In this document: positions 46,828 through 55,739 of the stretch, piece after piece
Numbering within the stretch: position 1 is the first letter of the stretch
Layout: the number at the start of each line of letters is the position of its first letter
Virus record (IMG/VR): IMGVR_UViG_3300031414_000005
Direction: 5' to 3' (one strand)
From: a virus
Taxonomy: Duplodnaviria; Caudoviricetes
DNA length: 64,000 bases
Notes under the pieces: generated by a model
The model's database searches: none
Told to the model about the DNA's origin: nothing
Seen by the model: the letters and a program-made list of their open reading frames with translations, nothing else
Program-made: the position numbers and the translations under genes

Positions 46828-48531
46828 ATGAACTTGACACCTCATGAAATCGTCGCGGATTTAGACCAGTATGTGATTGGTCAGCAGGCTGCGAAACGGG
46901 CTATTGCGATTTCGTATCGCGAACGGAGCTTGCGGTTATCACTCGGCGAAGACCGGCATTTAATCACCCCCAACAACATCTTGATGGTCGGTCCATCCGG
47001 GGTGGGGAAAACCGAGTTGGCTCGCCGTCTGGCGGAGATGACCAATGCGCCTTTTGTGAAAGTCGAGATCACCAACTACACCGCTGCCGGTTACGTGGGT
47101 AAGTCACTCGACACGATCTTTGACGAGCTGATCGAACACGCGCAGTACCTGATTGAGAAGGGAGCGAAGGTCACCACACCGGTAGAAATACCCAAGCTTG
47201 TGATCAAACCCAAAAGTGATTTCTATACCTACTTGGCCCGGGTCGGTAAACTGTTAAGTGCACGTGAGTTATTGGATGGGGTTCTGCCGGGGGATAAAGA
47301 TTACGTCGACCGGGTAGAAGCGGTGTTACGCACCCTGGGTACCGACGTCACCAGCAAAAACGGCTTTCCAGGTGGACCCCTGAACTACCATGAGGTTTAT
47401 TTCGTGGCAGACACCGGCGTCTATGTGCGTCCAGCGATCAAAGAACAGCTTCGCAAGACGAAACGTCCAGGTGGCAATATCTTTGAGGTCGATATGGAAA
47501 ACATCCTGGATCAGGTACTTGGTGAAAATCGTGCTGGGCGTAAGTCACCGGGGAAACAAGACTTCCTTATTACCGACCGGGTTGATCTTCTGCATTACAC
47601 GGAATGGTTATTGGACTGTGCGATCGCCAATAATAATCAAACCCTGCCTGAACCCGTGATGCAAGCCTTACCCAAGCGGATGCGGGAGTTGTACAACAAC
47701 TGGCTGGAACGCAACCCCCGTAAACGCAAACGCACGTACTTCCAGGAACACAGCAACTTCAATTTTGCCAAGTATAACGCCATCAGTAAAGAACACTTGT
47801 TGGATCTGCTGGCCGTGTTAATGCCGTTGGTTACCACTGACGTCGTACGCGATTATAATGAGTATGTCAGCGCACTGAAAACCTCTCCAAAGAAAACATC
47901 AGGTGAGGACAAGGAAGACGACTTAGCCATCAAGTTGGTGGAAGAACGGGGTGTGGTCTTCATCGATGAGATCGACAAGATCTTCTTTGCGGACAACGGC
48001 GGTAACATGAACATCGGGACCACCGGGATACAGCGTGAACTCATGCCGTTCCTCGATGGTTGCGTGATCAAAACTAAGTACGGTGAATTGGATACCAGCA
48101 ACATCCTGTTTATTGCCTCGGGTGCGTTCATGATGACCTCCACCAAGGACATCCCGGCGGAGATCATGGGGCGGTTACCGATTCATATCCAATTGACACC
48201 GTTGAACAAGGATGACCTCAAAGCGGTGTTGGATAAACCCAAACGTTCACTGCTAAAACGTTATGAAATCATTTTTACAGCAGAGGGTGTGAAGAACTTC
48301 CAGATGACGGAAGAAGCCAAAGCCGCCATTGCTGCGGTCGCCCACTTCATGAACCAAACCCAGGAAGACACCGGGGCACGCCGGTTAAAAGAAGTGTTGT
48401 ATCTGGTGTTGGGGGACGTGTTGTATGACGCACACACCCTGAAGGGGAAAGAGTTAATCATCGACAACCGGTATGTCTTTGATCGGCTGAAGACCAGCAA
48501 CCTGGTGTTGCCTGAAAGTACAATTGAGTAA
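46828..48531 (+). CDS. hslU: HslU-like AAA+ unfoldase with an enlarged insertion domain
   Basis: LDQYVIGQQAAKRAIA, NILMVGPSGVGKTELARRLA, GYVG pore loop, VFIDEIDKI, GIQRELMP, ILFIASGAF, GRLPI, TGARRL. Confidence 0.85.
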   Translation: MNLTPHEIVADLDQYVIGQQAAKRAIAISYRERSLRLSLGEDRHLITPNNILMVGPSGVGKTELARRLAEMTNAPFVKVEITNYTAAGYVGKSLDTIFDELIEHAQYLIEKGAKVTTPVEIPKLVIKPKSDFYTYLARVGKLLSARELLDGVLPGDKDYVDRVEAVLRTLGTDVTSKNGFPGGPLNYHEVYFVADTGVYVRPAIKEQLRKTKRPGGNIFEVDMENILDQVLGENRAGRKSPGKQDFLITDRVDLLHYTEWLLDCAIANNNQTLPEPVMQALPKRMRELYNNWLERNPRKRKRTYFQEHSNFNFAKYNAISKEHLLDLLAVLMPLVTTDVVRDYNEYVSALKTSPKKTSGEDKEDDLAIKLVEERGVVFIDEIDKIFFADNGGNMNIGTTGIQRELMPFLDGCVIKTKYGELDTSNILFIASGAFMMTSTKDIPAEIMGRLPIHIQLTPLNKDDLKAVLDKPKRSLLKRYEIIFTAEGVKNFQMTEEAKAAIAAVAHFMNQTQEDTGARRLKEVLYLVLGDVLYDAHTLKGKELIIDNRYVFDRLKTSNLVLPESTIE

Positions 48532-48540
48532 CATACAAAC

Positions 48541-48568
48541 GAGGGCCGCGGTAGCAGCCCTCCTTTTT
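48541..48568 (+). terminator. Intrinsic terminator after hslU
   Basis: gagggc...gccctc cTTTTT. Confidence 0.65.
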
Positions 48569-48662
48569 AACGAACATAAAACAGGATGGACAATATATGG
48601 GACTACTTCTCAAACCAGGATAGCCTCTTATTAACACCCCATAGTTTACCAGGAGTATAGGC

Positions 48663-50570
48663 ATGGCAGATTTAAATGTAGCAGACCAATTGAAGCAGTT
48701 GCAAAAGATGGCGGACAGCAACGGCAAGATCTTCTGCATGGATGGCGATACCCCTGTCACGGTACCCCTTTCCGCGTTACTTGCCCAGATTGCCGTACTG
48801 GCCAAGCAGAACGGCGGCTTGTCTGCGGACGTGTTGGGACAGGTCGACTCACTCAACATGCTGGGTCAGGTGCAGTCGTTTGATGACCTGCGTAAGTTGA
48901 AACCCACGGTCGATGGTATGCGGGTATCATTGCGCGGCTGGAACGCTGGGATTCGTTCTGGCGGTGGTGAGTTCATTGGTCGACTCAATGCCAAAGCTGC
49001 GGATGATGGCGGTACGGTTGCCTCGTCGGGACAGAACTGGTATTGGACCCGTGTCATCGAAGACCCAAGCAAAATTGACGTGACTCACTTTGGTGCGATC
49101 TCGGATGGGAAAACCGATACACTCCCAGCTGTCACAGCGATGTTCAAATGGTCACAGGCGAACTACCCGCAGATTTCTGTTCGTTACCCAGCGGGTAATT
49201 TCTTCTTGTCACAGTTTAAGATTGATAAGCAAGTGAACTATTTCCGGGTGGCGGGTCAGCAAGCCAACTTCGGTTATTTCTCCACCACGAACTTGGTGTC
49301 CAACACCGACGAAAACTTTGTGTTTGATATTGTGGCACGTCGTACCGAACTGTCGGGGATCAACTTCAACGGCGGTAACAAAACCGTTGCCAACACCAAA
49401 GGGTTCTTTAACAACCGTGCGGTCGAAGGCCAGTACATCCGTATCCACTGTATGTTGTGGTCGTATGTCGGCGGGACATGTGTGCAAATGGTTGACTGTC
49501 TGGATACCCACATCGATCAGTGGTATGCCTCACAGTGTACCGGCGATGTTATTGCTGCGACTTGGTCTAACACACCAAAAGGTAACTGGGACCACGTTAC
49601 GGCCATTGAACTCAGTAACTTCAATGCGCAGTACTGTACGAAGGGTAAAGTGCTTAACCTTCCGCGTGCCACCCAGAGCTTCATCAAGAACGGCTGGATT
49701 GAACATTGTGACAACCCCGGTGACATCAGCAACGGTCAGTGGACCATCGGTGGGTTTAGTCTGGAAGATTGTAAAACGCCACTTAATGCGGCGTATTCTC
49801 GCCTTATTGAAACACAACGTAACTTGCAGTCAGGTTCTTCAATCAGTTACGCAGATGACCCCAACATCAAACGTTGGCTGTCCCTGTGGGAACGTGGGCG
49901 TGTCGATATCCAGAACCACGGCGTTTATGTCGATGGCACCCTGGACGTAATGGCATATGCCTCCCGTTGTAAGTTCAATAACAACTCGGCGGCCCCTCAG
50001 TGGTTCTGCCTGGGCACTTTCTTTTCTCCCGACACTGGCGATTCCATCGATATCAACATGGTCGGTTGCGGTAACAACCTCACGGTTGGTGACAAGCTTG
50101 ATAAATTGGATGACGTGCGTCAGGGCGGAGGGAACACCTTGATCCGTGTGCACCTGACCAAATCAGGTGCCAACCTCAGTCACACCCCATGCGGTTCATC
50201 ACCCCTGCTGGCGGTGAAGTATGTCCGGAACGGCAACAACTCCGTGAAGGTCTACATTCAGTTGAAGCCGTACACGTACAACATTATCCCGCTGGTCACC
50301 ATGAACGGCAAGACGCACTTTGAAGCGGGCGTTTCTTTATATTGGTTGCCAGACCTGTCGGCGATTGCTGATGTGGACATGGCGAAGCTTACTGACGTGG
50401 CCGATTCTAAAGAGAACTGGTCAATGGGTCAGAAAGCCGGGGTTGGTGCAAGTGACGATGGTTACCTGTTGCTGAAATCCAAACTGGCGGATGGTAACCT
50501 GCAAGTCAGAATCGAAGGTAATCTTTACAACATTGCGGTAACAAAAGTTCCTACTGTCGTTAAATCTTAA
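48663..50570 (+). CDS. AmsF/WceF-like tailspike-fold (beta-helix) exopolysaccharide-modifying protein
   Basis: 635 aa; GGGEFIG and DVTHFGAISDGKTD beta-helix entry motifs, Asn/Cys-rich repeats, WDHVTAIELSNFNAQ; family recognised from memory. Confidence 0.6.
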   Translation: MADLNVADQLKQLQKMADSNGKIFCMDGDTPVTVPLSALLAQIAVLAKQNGGLSADVLGQVDSLNMLGQVQSFDDLRKLKPTVDGMRVSLRGWNAGIRSGGGEFIGRLNAKAADDGGTVASSGQNWYWTRVIEDPSKIDVTHFGAISDGKTDTLPAVTAMFKWSQANYPQISVRYPAGNFFLSQFKIDKQVNYFRVAGQQANFGYFSTTNLVSNTDENFVFDIVARRTELSGINFNGGNKTVANTKGFFNNRAVEGQYIRIHCMLWSYVGGTCVQMVDCLDTHIDQWYASQCTGDVIAATWSNTPKGNWDHVTAIELSNFNAQYCTKGKVLNLPRATQSFIKNGWIEHCDNPGDISNGQWTIGGFSLEDCKTPLNAAYSRLIETQRNLQSGSSISYADDPNIKRWLSLWERGRVDIQNHGVYVDGTLDVMAYASRCKFNNNSAAPQWFCLGTFFSPDTGDSIDINMVGCGNNLTVGDKLDKLDDVRQGGGNTLIRVHLTKSGANLSHTPCGSSPLLAVKYVRNGNNSVKVYIQLKPYTYNIIPLVTMNGKTHFEAGVSLYWLPDLSAIADVDMAKLTDVADSKENWSMGQKAGVGASDDGYLLLKSKLADGNLQVRIEGNLYNIAVTKVPTVVKS

Positions 50571-50589
50571 TTCCTTTTACAGATCACCA

Positions 50590-50613
50590 GGGGGCCTTCG
50601 GGTCCCCTTTTTT
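50590..50613 (+). terminator. Intrinsic terminator after the AmsF-like gene
   Basis: ggggcc TTCG ggtcccc TTTTTT. Confidence 0.8.
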
Positions 50614-50645
50614 ACTGCGTTTATGAAATAAACAGGAGTACACCC

Positions 50646-51008
50646 ATGGCAGAATTACTGTGTGTAAGCACGGACGTCGCAGACAGCCTGCGTCAGGTAC
50701 AGACAAAACTGAAAGCACTGATGTCAGAGGAAGCCGTGTTGATCTCCATTGAGACACTGGCCGGGGCGGAGGGTGCCCAGATCACTCCGTTCTTCTTGAC
50801 ACGGTTGGCGGAACTTATAAAGAACGAAAAAGTGCATCTGGTGTTGGTGCGGGGTAGTGCGGATATGGTGGAACTGCTGGATGCGGCAGGCTACCCGATT
50901 ACCATGTTGACCATCGAACCAGATTCCGGGGAGTACCTGGTTTCGTTTGACCCACAGATGTACGTACCCGCAGTGACCCCACCGGTTGCGCTCGGTACCC
51001 TCCATTAA
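50646..51008 (+). CDS. Hypothetical protein, possibly a STAS-like fold
   Basis: 120 aa; LAELIKNEKVHLVLVRGSADMVELLDAAGY resembles the C-half of STAS domains. Confidence 0.35.
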   Translation: MAELLCVSTDVADSLRQVQTKLKALMSEEAVLISIETLAGAEGAQITPFFLTRLAELIKNEKVHLVLVRGSADMVELLDAAGYPITMLTIEPDSGEYLVSFDPQMYVPAVTPPVALGTLH

Positions 51009-51031
51009 TCTGCAATAAAAAGGACCGGATT

Positions 51032-51346
51032 ATGCCGACTCACACTCCAGCAAGTGTTGCTAAGATCTTGCACGAAGAGTACATGAAACCCTATAACCTG
51101 ACCGGTGCGAAACTGGCCGCGCTGTTACGGGTTGATGTGGCGGACATCGAAGAGGTGTTAAAAGATGAAGTCCTGATTGACGGTGACCTGGCATTGCGCT
51201 TGTCACGGGTGTTTACCACCTCCCCGCAATTCTGGTTGAACCTGCAAGCTGAACGGCAGTTGTTTGAGGCCAGTATTGATCTCAACACCCGTTTGTCCCT
51301 CCAACTGATTACCCCGATTGAAAAAGAGGTTGATTCTCATGACTGA
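51032..51346 (+). CDS. higA: HigA-family (XRE HTH) antitoxin-like protein
   Basis: ILHEEYMKPYNLTGAKLAALLRV...DLALRLSRVFTTSPQFWLNLQ matches the HigA/VapI pattern (lLkeefLeplglsq..LA..lgv...mAlrL...fgtsa.fWlnLQ). Confidence 0.85.
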   Translation: MPTHTPASVAKILHEEYMKPYNLTGAKLAALLRVDVADIEEVLKDEVLIDGDLALRLSRVFTTSPQFWLNLQAERQLFEASIDLNTRLSLQLITPIEKEVDSHD

Positions 51347-51905
51347 ACGTAACTACCGCAACTATTCCGAAGAACACTATGCGGCTGCGGCGGCATTTGC
51401 AGGCACCGACGGTAAATGCTCAATGAGTGCTGCGTTATACCACACCCAGTCCACACTGCCTGACTCGACTTATATCCCGGACGAGGTTGAACTGCTTTAC
51501 CCGTCGCGTATTCAACCGCTGAATCACGCAAAACCTCGCCCTGCACATTTCCATGGCTGCTATTATTCACCCCGCAAAGCCAGGTCGCAACGACGTAATC
51601 CCACGCTTATTCGTAAAAGCGATATTGTTCCACCTGCATTACTCTGGGACCTATCAGGTGGGCAATACCCACGCGGCAAAGCCTTTCGCAAACTGATTGA
51701 ACGTGAGACGAAAGCTTACACCGCCCGCAAACTGGAAGTAAAAGATGACGAACGTCCGATGGGCTGGAGCAAAATCACTGATGTTCCATGGCATGCCAAC
51801 ATGCCACACATCACCAAGACAGTAGCATTACCAGTAACCAGACCAGCCGAAGACACACAGGGTGCCACTTCTCTGTATAAAGGTAAAACCGATGGACACA
51901 ACTAA
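51339..51905 (+). CDS. Hypothetical basic protein
   Basis: Likely start MTERN at 51339 with GAGG RBS; overlaps higA. Confidence 0.55.
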   Translation: MTERNYRNYSEEHYAAAAAFAGTDGKCSMSAALYHTQSTLPDSTYIPDEVELLYPSRIQPLNHAKPRPAHFHGCYYSPRKARSQRRNPTLIRKSDIVPPALLWDLSGGQYPRGKAFRKLIERETKAYTARKLEVKDDERPMGWSKITDVPWHANMPHITKTVALPVTRPAEDTQGATSLYKGKTDGHN

Positions 51906-52518
51906 CCTGCCAACCCCACGCTGGTTTACCGGCGTGGGTGCCACCGACATCACCGAAGATGAACAACGTCTGTGCAGCAAGATCGCCTACGTGCTGTGTT
52001 CCTTTGGTGGTTATGCCTTGCGCAGTGGTAAAGCACCGGGTGCTGACCAGGCGTTCCAGCGCGGTATGGAACGCGCAGAGTCCGTGCCGGGTTATGTGCC
52101 GGCGGACCATGAGATCTACCTGCCGTGGGAACAGTTTGAGAGTCACGCCAAAGTCAGTAACAAGTATGACATCTGGGAACTCGAAGAATTGAAGGAAACC
52201 ATGCGGATTGCCTCAGAAACCCACCCGGCCTACCAGAACCTCAAACCGGGGCAGCTGGCGTTTCATCATCGCAACATTCACCAGACCCTGGGGCGTCGGT
52301 TAGACCAACCGTCTGACTTCGTGTTGTACTGCGCCAAAGATGGGAAGGATGGGCTACCGGAAGGCGGGACCCGTACTGCGGTGAAAGTGGCGGTGGACCG
52401 CGGTATCCCGGTGTTTAACATGCGGGGTAAACGTTACGAAGAAGTCATTCACTGGGTCAAAGGGGTGATTGATAAGAAGTACAACCTGAATCAGGACGAT
52501 GGCGGGGTGGTGGTATGA
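51892..52518 (+). CDS. SLOG-superfamily (DprA/Smf-like Rossmann) protein
   Basis: FTGVG, LRSGKAPGADQAFQRG, GGTRTAVKVAVDRGIPVFNM. Confidence 0.75.
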   Translation: MDTTNLPTPRWFTGVGATDITEDEQRLCSKIAYVLCSFGGYALRSGKAPGADQAFQRGMERAESVPGYVPADHEIYLPWEQFESHAKVSNKYDIWELEELKETMRIASETHPAYQNLKPGQLAFHHRNIHQTLGRRLDQPSDFVLYCAKDGKDGLPEGGTRTAVKVAVDRGIPVFNMRGKRYEEVIHWVKGVIDKKYNLNQDDGGVVV

Positions 52519-52835
52519 ACATCTATTTAGTCAGGCGGACGGACAGTTTCGGGGTTAACAGCTTTGTCGAGTTTGTGGTCATTGCGCCTGATGCCGACAC
52601 CGCGCGCAACACCTGCCCGATTGCCTACAAAGACGGTGATTATAATGTGGGTGATCTGGAGGCGGGTCAGGAACTGAATGGTCGGGTCAATGCGTTGGCC
52701 TGGTTGGACGACCCTCATGATCAGTGGGTGGGCATTGGGGACATTGACAGCAACCTTACTGTTGAACTGTTGGGTGCCGCCACCAAAGAAAAAGCTTACT
52801 GGCACATCGCCAGTTTTAACTACATCGAGCCCTAA
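52515..52835 (+). CDS. Hypothetical protein
   Basis: 106 aa; ATGA coupling. Confidence 0.6.
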   Translation: MNIYLVRRTDSFGVNSFVEFVVIAPDADTARNTCPIAYKDGDYNVGDLEAGQELNGRVNALAWLDDPHDQWVGIGDIDSNLTVELLGAATKEKAYWHIASFNYIEP

Positions 52836-52862
52836 CAAGGGCTCTATCAGGATTAAATTCTA

Positions 52863-53651
52863 ATGTCAAAGATTATTGCGATTACCAAAGCACAAACCGC
52901 CACGGCTGCGATTCAGCATTTTGGCCATAACAACGTCAAGGAAGTGGATCTCTCTAACTTCCCGCAGTGCAAGCTTCCATCCATTGCAGTTAAGTACATC
53001 CAGCGCCAGGTCAAAGAAGGTATCTCGTACATCGTGGTGCCTCAGGATGTGGCGTTACTGGCGGCGTTGGACGAAGCGGAAGTCGAATACACCAAGACCA
53101 CCGAAAACGACTCCTTGTTAAAGTTAATCCATCGCATTGAAGTACCGGAGATCGATCTCGCAGGTGCAATCCCTTCCCCCGCTATTTACCCTGAACTCAC
53201 TGGCGGCATGGTGGTGTATGTGGACGACATTCGTGATCCACGGCGTTTTCTGAAACCCGAGCAATGCAAAGATGTGTGGTGGGCGAAACACTGGTTCGCT
53301 GCCAAGAACTTCTTGTTCGAACATGAAGCGGAAATCGAAGTCCTGCACCTCGATCATTACCTGGGTAATGAAGAAGGCCTGTTGGTCGAACACATCGTGG
53401 ACGGGGAGCTGGTTGACACCAGTACACATATCGAGAACACCCGTGGGCACACGCGTGACCGCCGCCACACCGGTGCCGACTTGTTCCACATGGTCGTCTC
53501 GTACCGTCAACGGGGACGGATGTTCGCTAACCTGAAGTGTATCTACCTACACTCCAACGCTCGTGAGATCACGGCTAAACTCATGAACGAATACCAGGAT
53601 GAACTGGGGAAACTGGGGATCGCGTTAATCCAAAACCCGCAGGAGTGGTGA
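52863..53651 (+). CDS. Two-part protein with a C-terminal cyclic-phosphate-processing receiver-like domain
   Basis: VYVDDIRDP, LHLDHYLG, TGADLF, IYLHSN follow the LDDxR/LDHDLG/GxD/HSxN pattern of phage receiver-like proteins. Confidence 0.65.
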   Translation: MSKIIAITKAQTATAAIQHFGHNNVKEVDLSNFPQCKLPSIAVKYIQRQVKEGISYIVVPQDVALLAALDEAEVEYTKTTENDSLLKLIHRIEVPEIDLAGAIPSPAIYPELTGGMVVYVDDIRDPRRFLKPEQCKDVWWAKHWFAAKNFLFEHEAEIEVLHLDHYLGNEEGLLVEHIVDGELVDTSTHIENTRGHTRDRRHTGADLFHMVVSYRQRGRMFANLKCIYLHSNAREITAKLMNEYQDELGKLGIALIQNPQEW

Positions 53652-53652
53652 T

Positions 53653-54243
53653 ATGGACCAACTACCAGAGTATCAAACTGACCACGTCATTAATCACATC
53701 TTTATTAATGATGATTTTGTATTGATTGCAGAACGGGCGTACACTCCAGGTCCTGATACACAGCCTGGAGATATGACCAAAATGTTGGATGCCATCTCTT
53801 TGCAACCGGCATGGATTTTCGATTGGGGTGTTAACCCGGCTGTGGCGTTTCTCCCCTTTGAGAAAGTCCTTGAAAAAGATAACGACCGGAAAATAGTCCT
53901 TTCTGCGGGGGTTTACGTCTACCGCGATGGTGGCATTGTTCAATTAGACAAAGATGCGTTGTCTGTCACTGTAGGTTCTGTTCCGAAAGGAAACACCTAC
54001 CATAACTTGTCGGCCGAACATTACAGTCACCCCGATACAATGATGTCGCTGGAAGCTTGCTTTGCGTCATTCAAAGGCCCAACCCAACGTGTGCAACAAC
54101 TTGGTTTCCTGGCGGGTAGTTTTAACGAATTTGCTTTCTTCAAACACGGGCTTTGGTTTCAGCGCTTGATGATCATCGACCGGGTGAGTAATCTCCATGA
54201 TGAACTCACCCCGAAAGGTTTTGTTAAATATAACAGGGGGTAA
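53653..54243 (+). CDS. Hypothetical protein
   Basis: 196 aa ORF, tightly packed. Confidence 0.55.
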   Translation: MDQLPEYQTDHVINHIFINDDFVLIAERAYTPGPDTQPGDMTKMLDAISLQPAWIFDWGVNPAVAFLPFEKVLEKDNDRKIVLSAGVYVYRDGGIVQLDKDALSVTVGSVPKGNTYHNLSAEHYSHPDTMMSLEACFASFKGPTQRVQQLGFLAGSFNEFAFFKHGLWFQRLMIIDRVSNLHDELTPKGFVKYNRG

Positions 54244-54248
54244 TTCTC

Positions 54249-54587
54249 TTGGCCTACAGTACCTCTGCGGTGCTGGAATGTCGTGAAACAGCCGAGTACG
54301 TCTCAAACGAATTGTTTCGTCTCGGCTACCGCGGCTTTACCGAAGCACTGATCTTTGAAATGGCCGTCTACATGTTGGGTGGCCTGAGCCTCTACCATGT
54401 TATCCCCGAACACCTCCACGATCTACACAACCTCGAAGATTATGAACGTCTCGCCAATGACACCGCCGAAGAGATTGTCTGCTCGTTTCGGCGGATGTAC
54501 ACCAAAGGGTTTATGACCGACCTCCATCTAAAATCGTACACACATCCGGGAATCTTACATGTCACATTTAATGTGAATGGTTGCTAG
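54249..54587 (+). CDS. Hypothetical protein
   Basis: 112 aa; TTG start after AGGGGG. Confidence 0.5.
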   Translation: MAYSTSAVLECRETAEYVSNELFRLGYRGFTEALIFEMAVYMLGGLSLYHVIPEHLHDLHNLEDYERLANDTAEEIVCSFRRMYTKGFMTDLHLKSYTHPGILHVTFNVNGC

Positions 54588-54639
54588 TCTCCCCACTCGT
54601 ATGAGTGTGGCATAATTTTAACTAACAGAAGGAGTCATT

Positions 54640-54954
54640 GTGGTCAGTACCTTGCTCTCTAAATACGTCGGTTTGGTTGCCTGGTCAATCAACGGGTTTG
54701 CGTTGGACTTACATTTTGATACGGACATTGAAACCACGTCACCCGAACGACAACTACAGTTACACATCACCGCGATTGATGAAGAGCAAACGCAGATTAA
54801 GGTGGCAGGTCGGACACGGGATGTGCCTTTGGATCTTGGGGTGTACCGTCGGAATCCGCAAGGTCAGTGGGAGGTACAACCGGAATCAGCCTGCTTGATG
54901 GAGGAACGGGCAACCGGCTTAATTGCCGCCCGGATTGATAACTGGTTGGAGTGA
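54640..54954 (+). CDS. Hypothetical protein
   Basis: 104 aa; GTG start after AAGGAG. Confidence 0.55.
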   Translation: MVSTLLSKYVGLVAWSINGFALDLHFDTDIETTSPERQLQLHITAIDEEQTQIKVAGRTRDVPLDLGVYRRNPQGQWEVQPESACLMEERATGLIAARIDNWLE

Positions 54955-54957
54955 GTA

Positions 54958-55287
54958 ATGAAAGATGTGATCGATATCGACCACGTCTCCTGCTTCTGTG
55001 CAGCGCGTGCTGCACAGATGTTTCTCCCTGAGCAAGAGACATTAGCCATTTATATTCACCTTGGCTACAAAGATGAAGGGTTGTTACGTCGTCGGGGATA
55101 CACCCTGTACGCGGTAGGCCCGGTGTGCTGTATTCCGCTCGGCAGCTATGAGCGCAGTGAACTCGGCTGGAAATGTGTGAAGCGCCCAGCTGATCTCACT
55201 GATCCCATGGAACAGGTGATCAAAGCGAACCTCGATCATTGGCACCAGGTCGCAGACCGTGGTTATCACATGAGCGGGGTGGTGTGA
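54958..55287 (+). CDS. Hypothetical protein
   Basis: 109 aa; GGAG RBS. Confidence 0.55.
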   Translation: MKDVIDIDHVSCFCAARAAQMFLPEQETLAIYIHLGYKDEGLLRRRGYTLYAVGPVCCIPLGSYERSELGWKCVKRPADLTDPMEQVIKANLDHWHQVADRGYHMSGVV

Positions 55288-55739
55288 TGGATCGCATACA
55301 GGCGTTGTTACGCAGTGTGGATAAAGGGGTGGATCCCAAACAGGTCCCGGTGATCGATAAAGGAGACACCTGGTTTACCCGTTGGGATTACGAACGTCTG
55401 CTGGGTAACCTTCAGATTGTGTGTCCGTTGGATGCCTTTACGGCCACGGCGATGAAACTGGATACCATTCCCGGGTTAGAAGGCGATGAAATCTGGTTGG
55501 TTGATCTGGTGTTTGCTGAACCCCAGCGCAACATCAAAGAACTGGTGTGCTTGTACGTGAAACCGCGTTATGGGGTGCACGTGGTTAAACTGATCGCCTG
55601 GTGCGCAGATGGTAAATTGAGTCAGACCGCGCCACTTGCCCGAATGGCATGGGAATCTTACGAGCGTATTCGCGCACTCGTAGACCGCCTGTGTGCAGGC
55701 AAGGAGGATGAACATGAACCCGCGAGCACCCACACATAA
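55287..55739 (+). CDS. Hypothetical protein
   Basis: Likely start MDRIQ at 55287 (TGATG coupling). Confidence 0.55.
   Translation: MDRIQALLRSVDKGVDPKQVPVIDKGDTWFTRWDYERLLGNLQIVCPLDAFTATAMKLDTIPGLEGDEIWLVDLVFAEPQRNIKELVCLYVKPRYGVHVVKLIAWCADGKLSQTAPLARMAWESYERIRALVDRLCAGKEDEHEPASTHT

Noticed and set aside
48586-48660. 24-codon ORF (MDNIWDYFS...) upstream of the AmsF-like gene, possibly a leader peptide
   Set aside because: AGG abuts the ATG with no spacer; no attenuator structure seen; region more likely holds a promoter
50646-51905. Complete HigBA toxin-antitoxin pair
   Set aside because: Neither flanking ORF shows RelE/HigB features by eye; treated as an orphan antitoxin pending HHpred
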